From positions 1 to 26,075 of the forward strand of contig JAWOHE010000101.1 in NCBI GenBank assembly GCA_046485285.1: a stretch of 26,075 bases of DNA, written 5' to 3'. Source of the stretch: a bacterium (lineage in GTDB: Bacteria; Hydrothermota; Tepidihabitantia; Tepidihabitantales; Tepidihabitantaceae). Under the pieces are notes generated by a model. The model made no database searches, was not told where the DNA came from, and worked only from the letters and a program-made list of their open reading frames with translations. The position numbers and the translations under genes were made by a program. Shown here one piece after another: positions 8,406 to 16,862 of this stretch (the stretch's first letter is position 1; the number at the start of each line of letters is the position of its first letter).

Positions 8406-9005
8406 TCAGGCTTCCGGTGCGGACTCCCGGCGCGCGCTGCGCCAGCGGTTCCTGGCGCCGGGGGCCGGTTCTGCCGGCCCTCGCTTCGCGGTCCGTTTGC
8501 CCGCAGCCGCCGCCATCAGCGGCCGGAGCCGCCGCCAGGTCCCGGCCAGGTGCTCGCTCACGACCTTGGTCTCGGCCAGCGCGGGCATGAAGTTGGTGTC
8601 ACCGTTCCAGCGCGGCACGACGTGGACGTGTAGATGGGTGTCCTCGCCCGCGCCCGCGACCCGGCCGAGATTCATCCCGACGTTGAAGCCGTGCGGCCGG
8701 CAGTCGCGCCTGAGGGCCCGGAGCGCGCGCTGGACCAGCCGGTCAACCGCCGCGGCCTCGTCCGGCCGGAGCCGGGCGTAGTCGGCGACGTGGCGATTGG
8801 GCGCGACCATCAGGTGGCCATTGTTGTAGGGGAACCGGTTGAGCACCGCGAAGGCCAGCTCCTCGCGGCAGAGCACGAGGTTCGCCTCGTCGTCGCGCTC
8901 GCGCCGGAGCCGGCAGAAAAGGCAGGCCTTTCGTCCCGCCGCGCACTCGGCCGAGGCCGCCCGGATGTACTCCCCGCGCCAGGGCGCCCAGAGCCTGCCC
9001 GTCAT
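8406..9005 (-). CDS. HIT family hydrolase (Ap4A hydrolase/phosphorylase-like)
   Basis: Motifs LWAPWR, CLFC, NRFPYNNGHLMV, GFNVGMNLGRVAGAG and HLHVHVVPRWNGDTNFM. Confidence 0.93.
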   Translation of the reverse strand: MTGRLWAPWRGEYIRAASAECAAGRKACLFCRLRRERDDEANLVLCREELAFAVLNRFPYNNGHLMVAPNRHVADYARLRPDEAAAVDRLVQRALRALRRDCRPHGFNVGMNLGRVAGAGEDTHLHVHVVPRWNGDTNFMPALAETKVVSEHLAGTWRRLRPLMAAAAGKRTAKRGPAEPAPGARNRWRSARRESAPEA

Positions 9006-10271
9006 CTAGAAGAGCCCGAGCTGCCGTTCGCCCTCGGCCGCGGCCGGCGGCTCATCCGCCCGGTCGGGCCGCCTCGAGCCGGGCAGGACGCTGATTGTGC
9101 CGAACACGCCGTCGTAGCCGGGCGTCTTCTCGACCTCGCCCCGGCGCATCCGCTCGACGCCGAGCGCGACCCGCTCGCCGGCGACCCGCTCGATGTCCGC
9201 CGCCGGCGCGTCGAGCAGCACCGCGAACTCGCTGCCGAGCTCGGCGCAGAGCGCGTCGTAGACCGCCTGGGTCGCCTGGGTGTCGCGGCCCTTCTCGAGC
9301 GCCTCGGCGACGACCTCCTCGAGCGGCACGAGGCTCCGGTACGGGATGACGTCGGCCGGCACCTCGTCCGGCCGCCGGTCGGCAAGCTGCTCGACGCGGT
9401 GGAGCACGCCGATCGTCAGCTTCCGCCCGCACATCGGGCAGAGGTCGCCGCTCGCCCGCGCCTGCTCGGGCGGCATCACGACCTTGCAGTTCCGGTGGCC
9501 GTCGTAATGGTACTTGCCCTCCTCGGGGAAGAACTCGATCGTGAACAGGAACCGCCCACGGTCCTTTCGGCGAAGCACGTCAAGGATGGCGTCGTAGGAG
9601 AGCTCGCAGTCGAAGACGTTGGCCTCGCGGCCGAGCCGCGACGGCGAGTGGGCATCGGAGTTCGAGACGAGCGTCCGCCCGTCGAGCGCTGAGAGCCGCC
9701 AGTTCATCGGCGGGTCGCTCGACAGCCCGGTCTCGACCGCGAAGATCCGGTCGCTCAGGTCCCCGAAGCACTCCTCGATGGTGTCGAACCCGGAGTTCGA
9801 GCCGTAGAGCGAGAACCAGGGCGTCCAGATGTGCGCCGGGATGAGGAACGCCCGCTCGTCGAGATCGAGCAGCCGGGCGAGCATCTCGTAGCTCGACAGC
9901 CCGACCGTCGGCCGGCCGTCGCTCTCGAGCTTGCCGTGCCGGCCGAGCATCGCGTTGAACTTCTCGGCGGTCTCGAAGCCGGGGACGAAGACGAGGTTGT
10001 GGATGCGGCGCAGGCGGCCGTGGGCGGAGTAGATGCTTGACACCTCGACGTTGAGGATGAAATGCGTTTCGCCGTGCCGGAACAGCCCGTCGCCCGCCGG
10101 CTCGAGCTGCTCGCGAAGCAGGCGCAGGTACTCCGGGTGGGTGAAGTCGCCGGTCGCGCACAGCGCGATGCCCTTCTCCCGGCAGTGGCGGTCGAGCGCC
10201 GGCACTTCCATCTCCCGGCTGGTCGCGCGCGAGTACCGGCTGTGGATGTGGAGGTCGGCGATGAGACGCAT
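9006..10271 (-). CDS. endonuclease Q-like PHP-domain protein
   Basis: Motifs ADLHIHSRYSRATS, TGDFTHP, PAHIWTPWFS, ETGLSSDP, SNSDAHS, EEGKYHYDGHRNC, CPMCG and PGYDGVFG. Confidence 0.92.
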   Translation of the reverse strand: MRLIADLHIHSRYSRATSREMEVPALDRHCREKGIALCATGDFTHPEYLRLLREQLEPAGDGLFRHGETHFILNVEVSSIYSAHGRLRRIHNLVFVPGFETAEKFNAMLGRHGKLESDGRPTVGLSSYEMLARLLDLDERAFLIPAHIWTPWFSLYGSNSGFDTIEECFGDLSDRIFAVETGLSSDPPMNWRLSALDGRTLVSNSDAHSPSRLGREANVFDCELSYDAILDVLRRKDRGRFLFTIEFFPEEGKYHYDGHRNCKVVMPPEQARASGDLCPMCGRKLTIGVLHRVEQLADRRPDEVPADVIPYRSLVPLEEVVAEALEKGRDTQATQAVYDALCAELGSEFAVLLDAPAADIERVAGERVALGVERMRRGEVEKTPGYDGVFGTISVLPGSRRPDRADEPPAAAEGERQLGLF

Positions 10272-10280
10272 CTCGGCCTG

Positions 10281-10349
10281 ATTCTAGGACCGGCCCCGCG
10301 CCAGTCAAGGCGGCCCGGCCTTGACCCGCCTCCCGCCCGCCCTTATCCT
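10281..10349. promoter_or_regulatory. back-to-back sigma70-like promoters, both (near-)leaderless
   Basis: Minus strand TTGACT (10308-10303), 16 nt, TAGAAT (10286-10281), with ATG 9 nt further on. Plus strand TTGACC (10321-10326), 17 nt, TATCCT (10344-10349), with GTG 6 nt further on. Confidence 0.75.
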
Positions 10350-10355
10350 GTCAGC

Positions 10356-11150
10356 GTGAAGACACTTCTCATCGCCCTGCTCGCCGCCGCGCCGGCGCTC
10401 GCCGACTACTGCGAAATCGGCGGCTCGGGCACGATAACGACCAACCGGCCCTTCTGCGGCTCCTGAGGGAGCTCGATCCGGCACCAGGTCCTGGTGCTTT
10501 CCACCGAGCTCGCCGGCCCGGCCGACCTCAGCCGCCTCGAACTGCTCTGCGCCAGCGCCGAGTACGACAGCGGCGTCTACCACAACTTCCGCCTGCTCCT
10601 CTGCCTGACGTCGCGGGCCGAGCTCATCGACAACTACGCCGACAACTACGACGGCAACGCACCGATGCTCGTCCGCGGCGACGACCTGCTCGAGGTCGGC
10701 TGGGTCAACGGCGAGTGGGACGGCTTCGACTTTGACTCGTCGTTCGCCTACGACGGCGCGTCGAACCTGCTCATCGAGTTTCGCTGGCAGGGCACCGACG
10801 GCCGGGCGGTCTACGACCGCGGCTGGTATCCGCCGGGCGGCAACCGCACCCTCGACGGCTACTCGCTCACGAGCCCGACCGGCGAGCTCCGGCCCTACTC
10901 GGTCTGCCTGCGCGTCCACTTCCTGCCCGCCGGCGTCGCGGAGCGGCCGGCGGCCGGCGGCGCGGCCCCGCTGCCGACGGTCGCCCGAGGCGCGCTGTTC
11001 CTCGCGGGCGACCGGCCCGCCGAACTGCGCGACGCCGCGGGCCGGGTCGCCGCGCGCCTCGCGCCCGGCGCCAACGATGTCTCCCGGCTCGCGCCCGGCG
11101 TCTACTTCGTCGCGGCCGGCGCCCGGGCGCGGCGGCTCGTCATCCCCTAG
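10356..11150 (+). CDS. candidate secreted selenoprotein (CxxU; TGA 10464-10466 read as Sec) with C-terminal T9SS-CTD-like domain, 264 aa
   Basis: ORFs 10062-10466 and 10494-11150 share one frame, interrupted only by one TGA. The joined protein reads MKTLLIALLAAAPALA|DYCEIGGSGTITTNRPFCGS-U-GSSIRHQVLVLSTEL...GANDVSRLAPGVYFV. A SECIS-like hairpin follows the TGA. Confidence 0.8.
10467..10511 (+). promoter_or_regulatory. putative bacterial SECIS element
   Basis: Lower stem GAGCTCG (10469-10475)/CGAGCTC (10505-10511). Upper stem GCACCAG (10481-10487)/CTGGTGC (10491-10497) with apical GTC. The CAGGTC apex matches that of the E. coli fdhF SECIS. Confidence 0.72.
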
Positions 11151-11914
11151 CGGGCGACGACCATCATCCGGACCGTCAGCGGCCCGACCGGCAGGAAGCC
11201 GCCGTGCGTGAAGAAGTGCACCCGGCCGAAACCGACCGCCTTGAGACAGCGCTTGACCTCGTGCCGGGTGTAGGCCCGCTCGCGGTGCTCCTCGTCGAAC
11301 CGGGCCAGCCCGCCGTCCGGCGCGGCCTCCCAGAACGACAGCTTGAGCGTCGAGACGCGGGTCTCCGGGTCGTAGCTATTGTCCCAGACGCTCCGGATGC
11401 CGCCGGCCTCGCGCGGCGCAACCCGGTTGCCCCAGAACACCGACAGCGAGTAGACCGTGTTCATGTCGAAGGCGAACAGCCCGCCCGGCGCGAGCGCCCG
11501 GCGCACGCAGGCGAAACAGCGCCCGAGGGCGTCCTCGGTCAGCAGGTAGTTGACCGAGTCGTAGAGGCTGATTGCCGCGTCCGCCGGCTCGGCCAGACTG
11601 AAGTCGGTGATATCGGCACGGACGAGCCTTATCGGCAGGTCGCCGGCCTTCCGCCGGAGCACGGCCAGCATCTCCTCGGAACGGTCCACGCCCGTCACCC
11701 GGTAGCCGCGCCGGGCGAGCAGGACCGACGGGATGCCGGTCCCGCAGGCGACGTCAAGCACCGTCCGCGGCTCGACCCGGAACCGTGCGAATATCCGCCC
11801 GACATAGTCCACCCAGCCCGGGTAGTCGACGTAGTGACTCATGAACCGGTCGTAGTGACGGGCGAACTCCTGGAAAGGCCGGGTGGTGGTTTCGTCGCCG
11901 GCTTGGGGCGCCAT
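11147..11914 (-). CDS. class I SAM-dependent methyltransferase
   Basis: Motifs FARHYD...DYPGW, VLDVACGTG, GVDRSEEML, DSVNYL and LAPGGLFAFDMNT. The stop shares CTAG with the convergent gene. Confidence 0.93.
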   Translation of the reverse strand: MAPQAGDETTTRPFQEFARHYDRFMSHYVDYPGWVDYVGRIFARFRVEPRTVLDVACGTGIPSVLLARRGYRVTGVDRSEEMLAVLRRKAGDLPIRLVRADITDFSLAEPADAAISLYDSVNYLLTEDALGRCFACVRRALAPGGLFAFDMNTVYSLSVFWGNRVAPREAGGIRSVWDNSYDPETRVSTLKLSFWEAAPDGGLARFDEEHRERAYTRHEVKRCLKAVGFGRVHFFTHGGFLPVGPLTVRMMVVAR

Positions 11915-11922
11915 CTGGCCTG

Positions 11923-11991
11923 ACTATAGGACCCGGCCCGGCGCTGTCAAGGCTCCGGCCCGATTGACCGCCCGGGCCCGGCCACTATCAT
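11923..11991. promoter_or_regulatory. back-to-back sigma70-like promoters (methyltransferase / glgB)
   Basis: Minus strand TTGACA (11950-11945), 16 nt, TATAGT (11928-11923). Plus strand TTGACC (11964-11969), 16 nt, TATCAT (11986-11991). Confidence 0.75.
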
Positions 11992-12001
11992 CAGCGCACT
12001 G

Positions 12002-13915
12002 ATGACAGCGGAACCGGTCGTCCACGGCCCGAGCCTGCTCTCCGAGCTCGACGTCTGGCTGTTCCGGCAGGGCGCCCACTACCGGCTCCAGGACCACCTC
12101 GGCGCCCACCCGATGACCGTCGACGGCCGGCCCGGGGCGCTCTTCGCGGTCTGGGCGCCCTCAGCCGCCGGGGTCGCGGTCGTCGGCGACTTCAACGGCT
12201 GGGACCCGGCCGCGTCGCCGCTCGCGGTGCGCTGGGACTCCTCCGGCATCTGGGAGGGCTTCGTCCCCGGCGCGGCGTCCGGCGCGCGCTACAAGTACCG
12301 CATCGAGCCCGGCCGCGGCGGGCCGGCGCTCGAGAAGACCGACCCCCTGGGGTCCTGGTTCGAGCCGCCGCCGGGCAACGCCGCGCTCATCCACGAGCTC
12401 GGCCACGACTGGCAGGACGACGACTGGCTCGCCGCCCGGCTGGAGACCGACCAGCACCGCCGGCCGCTGGCCATCTACGAGCTCCACGCTGGTTCCTGGC
12501 GCCGCGGCCCGGGCAACCGCCTGCTCGACTGGGCCGGGCTCGCCGACGCGCTCGTTCCCTACATCCTCGACGCCGGCTTCAGCCACGTCGAGCTCCTGCC
12601 GGTGATGGAGCACCCCTTCCGCGGCTCCTGGGGCTACCAGGCCCTCGGCTACTTCGCGCCCGCCGCCCGCCACGGCGCGCCCGGCCAGTTCTGCGCCTTC
12701 GTCGACCGGCTCCACCGCGCCGGCATCGGCGTCATCCTCGACTGGTCGCCCGCCCACTTCCCGGACGACCTGCACGGCCTCGCCCGGTTCGACGGCACCT
12801 GCCTCTACGAACACGAAGACCCGCGCCGCGGTCGCCACCCGGACTGGCACACCTGCATCTTCAACTACGGCCGGCCCGAGGTCGCGTGCTTCCTCATCTC
12901 CAGCGCGCTCTTCTGGCTCGACCGCTGTCACGCCGACGGGCTCCGCATCGACGCCGTCGCCTCGATGCTCTACCTCGACTACTCCCGCCCGGACGGCGAG
13001 TGGTTGCCCAACCCCTTCGGCGGCCGGGAGAACCTCGAGGCGATGGAGTTCCTGCGCAGGCTCAACACCGAGGCCTACGCCCGCTGCCCGGGTACGTTCA
13101 CCGTCGCCGAGGAATCCACCGCCTGGCCCGGCGTCACCCGGCCGGTCCACCTCGGCGGCCTCGGCTTCGGCTACAAGTGGAACATGGGCTGGATGCACGA
13201 CACCCTCCAGTACTTCGGCCGCGACCCGGTCCACCGCCGCTGGCACCACGACGAGCTCACCTTCGGCCTCAGCTACGCCCACTCCGAGAACTTCATCCTC
13301 CCGCTCTCCCACGACGAGGTCGTCCACGGCAAACGAAGCCTGCTCGAGAAGATGCCCGGCGACGACTGGCGCAGGTTCGCCGGGCTCCGCCTGCTTCTCG
13401 GCTGGCAGTACTGCCACCCGGGCGCGAAGCTCCTGTTCGGCGGCGGCGAGTTCGGACAGCGTCGGGAATGGGACCACGACTCCTCGCTCGACTGGCACCT
13501 CCTCGACGCGCCCGCGCACTCGGGCGTCCTACGCTGGGTCCGCGACCTCAACCGCCTCTACCGCGACCACCCGGCCCTCCACGCCCTCGACCGCGACCCG
13601 GCCGGCTTCCGCTGGGTCGTCGCCTCGGACTCCGCCAACAGCGTCTTCGCCTTCCTGCGCCGTGACGGCACGGGCCGCGACCTGCTCGTCGTCGCCAACT
13701 TCACCCCGGTGCCCCGGGCCGGCTACCGGGTCGGCGTGCCCGCGGCCGGTCGCTGGCGCGAGCTCCTCAACAGCGACGCGGCCGACTACGGCGGCTCTGG
13801 GCTCGGTAACCTCGGCCGGGTCCGGGCCGAAGCCGTGCCCTGCCACGATTTCCCGCACTCGCTGGACCTGGACCTGCCGCCGCTCGCGCTCGTTGTCCTG
13901 GAGCCCGCCGGATGA
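12002..13915 (+). CDS. glgB: 1,4-alpha-glucan branching enzyme (GH13)
   Basis: Motifs FAVWAP, IYELHAGSW, MEHPFRGSWGYQ, DGLRIDAVASMLYLDYSR, AEEST, KWNMGWMHD and LSHDEVVHGK. Confidence 0.97.
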   Translation: MTAEPVVHGPSLLSELDVWLFRQGAHYRLQDHLGAHPMTVDGRPGALFAVWAPSAAGVAVVGDFNGWDPAASPLAVRWDSSGIWEGFVPGAASGARYKYRIEPGRGGPALEKTDPLGSWFEPPPGNAALIHELGHDWQDDDWLAARLETDQHRRPLAIYELHAGSWRRGPGNRLLDWAGLADALVPYILDAGFSHVELLPVMEHPFRGSWGYQALGYFAPAARHGAPGQFCAFVDRLHRAGIGVILDWSPAHFPDDLHGLARFDGTCLYEHEDPRRGRHPDWHTCIFNYGRPEVACFLISSALFWLDRCHADGLRIDAVASMLYLDYSRPDGEWLPNPFGGRENLEAMEFLRRLNTEAYARCPGTFTVAEESTAWPGVTRPVHLGGLGFGYKWNMGWMHDTLQYFGRDPVHRRWHHDELTFGLSYAHSENFILPLSHDEVVHGKRSLLEKMPGDDWRRFAGLRLLLGWQYCHPGAKLLFGGGEFGQRREWDHDSSLDWHLLDAPAHSGVLRWVRDLNRLYRDHPALHALDRDPAGFRWVVASDSANSVFAFLRRDGTGRDLLVVANFTPVPRAGYRVGVPAAGRWRELLNSDAADYGGSGLGNLGRVRAEAVPCHDFPHSLDLDLPPLALVVLEPAG

Positions 13916-15318
13916 CCGCGCCCCGGGTCTGCCTCCACGGCCACTGCTACCAGCCCGACCGCGCCGACCCCCACACCGGCTGGGTCCCGGCCGACGCCGC
14001 GGCCGTGCCCTTCCACGACTGGAACCGGCGCATCACTGCCGAATGCTACGCGGCCAACCTCCGCGTCGGCAACTACGCCCGCACCAGCTTCAACTTCGGC
14101 CCGACCCTCCTCGCCTGGCTCGAGCGCGAGTCGCCCGCGGACCACTCCGGCATCATCGCGGCCGACCGGCACGGCCGCGCCCGCTTCGGCGGCCACGGCC
14201 CGGCCATCGCCCAGGCCTGGGGCCACAGCATCCTCCCCCTCGACACCGACCGCGACCGCCGGACCCAGGTCCGCTGGGGCGTCCGCGACTTCGAGCACCG
14301 CTTCGGCCGGGAGCCCGAAGGGATCTGGCTTCCCGAGACCGCGGTCGACCTCCCGACCCTCGAAACCGTCGCCGATGCCGGCATCCGGTTCACCATCCTC
14401 GCCCCCCACCAGGCCGGGCACGGACCGGGCGCGTACCGATGCCCCTTGCCCTCGGGCCGCGAGCTCGCGCTCTTCATCTACGACGCCGCGCTCGCCGGCG
14501 ACATCGCGTTCGGCGGCCTGCTCGCCGACGCCGGCGACTTCGCCCGCCGCCTGCTCTCGGCCGGGGGCGACTTCGTCAGCGTCGCGACCGACGGCGAGAC
14601 CTACGGCCACCATCACCCCCACGGCGAACTCGCGCTCGCCGGCTGTCTCGACCGCCTCGAGGCCGCCGGCGCCCGGCTCACCACCTACGGACAGGAACTC
14701 GCCGACCACCCGCCCCGGGAGAACGCCGCGCTCGTCGAGCGGACCTCCTGGAGCTGCGCCCACGGCGTCGAGCGCTGGCGCCGCGCCTGCGGCTGTTCCA
14801 CCGGCCGCCACCCCGGCTGGCGGCAGGACTGGCGCGCGCCGCTCCGCGCCGCGGTCGAATGGCTGCGCGACGCCATCGCGCCGGCCTGGGAACAACGGCT
14901 CGCGCCGCTCTTCCACGACCCGTGGGCCCTGCGCGACGACCACATCGAAATCATCCTCGACCCCGGCTCGGCCCCGGCTGTTCTCTCGCGCCACGCCCGC
15001 AGGGTCCTCGCCGGGTCGGACCGGGCGCTGGCCGCCGGTCTGCTCGAAATCCAGCGCCGGCTCCTGCTCTCCTTCACCAGTTGCGGCTGGTTCTTCGACG
15101 ACATCACCGAGCCGGCCTCGGTCCAGGTCATCGGCTCGGCCGCGCGGGCGGCCGAGCTCGCGCGCCAGCACCTCGGGCTCGAACTCGAAGACGGCCTCAC
15201 CGACATCCTCCACAACGCTCGGAGCAACCGCCCGGAAGTCGGCACCGGGGCGGACATCTACCGGCGCGGACAGGAAGCAATGCCGGGTGCAGATTGCAGG
15301 ATGCAGACATCAAAGTGA
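13912..15318 (+). CDS. GH57-family glycoside hydrolase with DUF3536-like C-terminal region
   Basis: ATGA overlap with glgB. Motifs HGHCYQP, SFNFGPTLLAWLE, GIWLPETAVD, ATDGETYGHH, SWSCAHGVERW and FTSCGWFFDD. Confidence 0.9.
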   Translation: MTAPRVCLHGHCYQPDRADPHTGWVPADAAAVPFHDWNRRITAECYAANLRVGNYARTSFNFGPTLLAWLERESPADHSGIIAADRHGRARFGGHGPAIAQAWGHSILPLDTDRDRRTQVRWGVRDFEHRFGREPEGIWLPETAVDLPTLETVADAGIRFTILAPHQAGHGPGAYRCPLPSGRELALFIYDAALAGDIAFGGLLADAGDFARRLLSAGGDFVSVATDGETYGHHHPHGELALAGCLDRLEAAGARLTTYGQELADHPPRENAALVERTSWSCAHGVERWRRACGCSTGRHPGWRQDWRAPLRAAVEWLRDAIAPAWEQRLAPLFHDPWALRDDHIEIILDPGSAPAVLSRHARRVLAGSDRALAAGLLEIQRRLLLSFTSCGWFFDDITEPASVQVIGSAARAAELARQHLGLELEDGLTDILHNARSNRPEVGTGADIYRRGQEAMPGADCRMQTSK

Positions 15319-15374
15319 TGAAACGGCCAGGCTCGGGAATTCTGCAATCTGCCATCTGCAATTCGCATTCTGCA
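15288..15374. repeat. inverted arrays of TGCAGAT/ATCTGCA-type heptamers
   Basis: TGCAGAT TGCAGGA TGCAGAC (15288-15308) and TTCTGCA ATCTGCC ATCTGCA ATTCGCA TTCTGCA (15340-15374). Confidence 0.85.
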
Positions 15375-16862
15375 ATGGTCCGGTTCGTCCCCCGCTCCGC
15401 CGGCGTCCTCCTCCACGTCACGAACCTGCCCGGCCCGCACGGCATCGGCGACTTCGGCCCCGCCGCGCGCGCTTTCGCGGACTGGCTCGCCGCCGCCGGC
15501 TTCCGCTGGTGGCAGGTTCTGCCGCTCAACCCGACCGACCCCTACTACGGCAGTTCGCCCTACCGGAGTCCCTCCTCGGCCGCGCTCAGCCCGGGCTTCC
15601 TGAGCCCGGACCTGCTCGTCACGGACGGCCTGCTCGAACCGACGAAACCGCGCCGGGCCTTCCCATCCTCCCGCGTTGACTACCCCGCCACCCGGCACTG
15701 GAAGGATCATCTGCTTGACCTCGCCTGCGCGCGCATCGTCCCCGCACCCGGCTTTCGCCGGTTCCGCGCCCGCGAGGCCGACTGGCTCGACGACTTCGCG
15801 CTCTTCACTGCGCTCAAAGGCCGCTTCGGCCAGCGGCCCTGGACCGACTGGCCGCCGCCCCTGCGCGACCGCGACCCGGCCGCGCTCGCCGACGCCCGTC
15901 GTACGCTCGGCCCGGAACTGCGCCGCACGGCGCTCGGCCAGTATCTCCTCGACCGCCAATGGCAGTCCCTGCGCGCGCACTGCCGCCGGCTCGGCATCGG
16001 TATCATCGGCGACCTGCCCATCTACGCCGACCCCGACTCGGCCGACGTCTGGGCGCACCGGGAGTTCTTCCTGCTTGACCGCCTGGGCCGCCCCCGCTTC
16101 GCGGCCGGCGTCCCGCCCGACGCATTCTCCGCAACCGGCCAGCTCTGGGGCAACCCGGTGTACGACTGGCCGGCACTGACCCGGGATGGCTTTCGCTGGT
16201 GGCTTGACCGCGCCGGTCGGGCGCTCCGGCTCTTCGACGTCGTGCGGCTCGACCACTTCCGGGGCCTGGTCGCTTACTGGCAGGTGCCGGCCGGCGCGCC
16301 GACCGCCGAGCGCGGCCGCTGGGTTCGCGCGCCCGCGTCGCGCCTGCTCGCCGCGCTGCGCGGTCGGTTCCCGGACCTGCCCTTCATCGCCGAGGACCTC
16401 GGCTTCATCACTCCCGACGTCGAGCGCGCGCGCCGTCACGCCGGCCTGCCCGGGATGAAAGTCGCGGTCTTCGGCTTCGGCACGGATGACAGCATCCACC
16501 GGCCCGACCGCGCCGGCCCCGGCTCGGTGCTGTACTCCTCCACCCACGACACGGACACGCTCCGGGGCTGGCTCGAGACCGAGGCCCGGCCCGATGAGCT
16601 CCACCGGCTTCGCTCCTGGCTCGGGGACAACACCACCGGCAGACTGCTCCGCGCGTGCTTCGAGGCCCCCGCGCCGCTCGTCATCGTGCCGGCGCAGGAC
16701 CTGCTCGGGCTCGGCAGCCGGGCGCGGATGAACCGGCCGGGCACGACCGGACGCAACTGGCGCTGGCGGCTCCGGCCGGGTCAACTCACAGCCCGCCTCG
16801 CTGCCCGCCTGCGCCGCCGCCTCGCCGCGGCGAACCGCCTGACGGTCAGTCCCGGACCGTGA
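15375..16862 (+). CDS. malQ: 4-alpha-glucanotransferase (amylomaltase, GH77)
   Basis: Motifs RSAGVLLHVTNLPG, WQVLPLNP, GDLPIY, GVPPDAFSATGQLWGNPVYDW, RLDHFRG, IAEDLG, THDTDT and RMNRPG. The real start is ATG 15375, not the 13662 start in the ORF track. Confidence 0.96.
   Translation: MVRFVPRSAGVLLHVTNLPGPHGIGDFGPAARAFADWLAAAGFRWWQVLPLNPTDPYYGSSPYRSPSSAALSPGFLSPDLLVTDGLLEPTKPRRAFPSSRVDYPATRHWKDHLLDLACARIVPAPGFRRFRAREADWLDDFALFTALKGRFGQRPWTDWPPPLRDRDPAALADARRTLGPELRRTALGQYLLDRQWQSLRAHCRRLGIGIIGDLPIYADPDSADVWAHREFFLLDRLGRPRFAAGVPPDAFSATGQLWGNPVYDWPALTRDGFRWWLDRAGRALRLFDVVRLDHFRGLVAYWQVPAGAPTAERGRWVRAPASRLLAALRGRFPDLPFIAEDLGFITPDVERARRHAGLPGMKVAVFGFGTDDSIHRPDRAGPGSVLYSSTHDTDTLRGWLETEARPDELHRLRSWLGDNTTGRLLRACFEAPAPLVIVPAQDLLGLGSRARMNRPGTTGRNWRWRLRPGQLTARLAARLRRRLAAANRLTVSPGP

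Noticed and set aside
10464-10466. TGA reassigned genome-wide to Trp or Gly (genetic code 4 or 25)
   Set aside because: TGA is the evident stop of galT, glgB, acpS, malQ and others, including GTGA/ATGA/TGATG overlaps, and Trp is encoded by TGG.
10494-11150. Independent 218-aa gene starting at GTG 10494
   Set aside because: It has no RBS or signal peptide, and the GTG is buried in the hairpin. The promoter and signal peptide lie upstream in the same frame.
13662-16862. 1066-aa MalQ fusion protein
   Set aside because: The N-terminal ~570 aa are Arg/Pro-rich off-frame translation of glgB and the GH57 gene. GH77 motifs begin only after ATG 15375.
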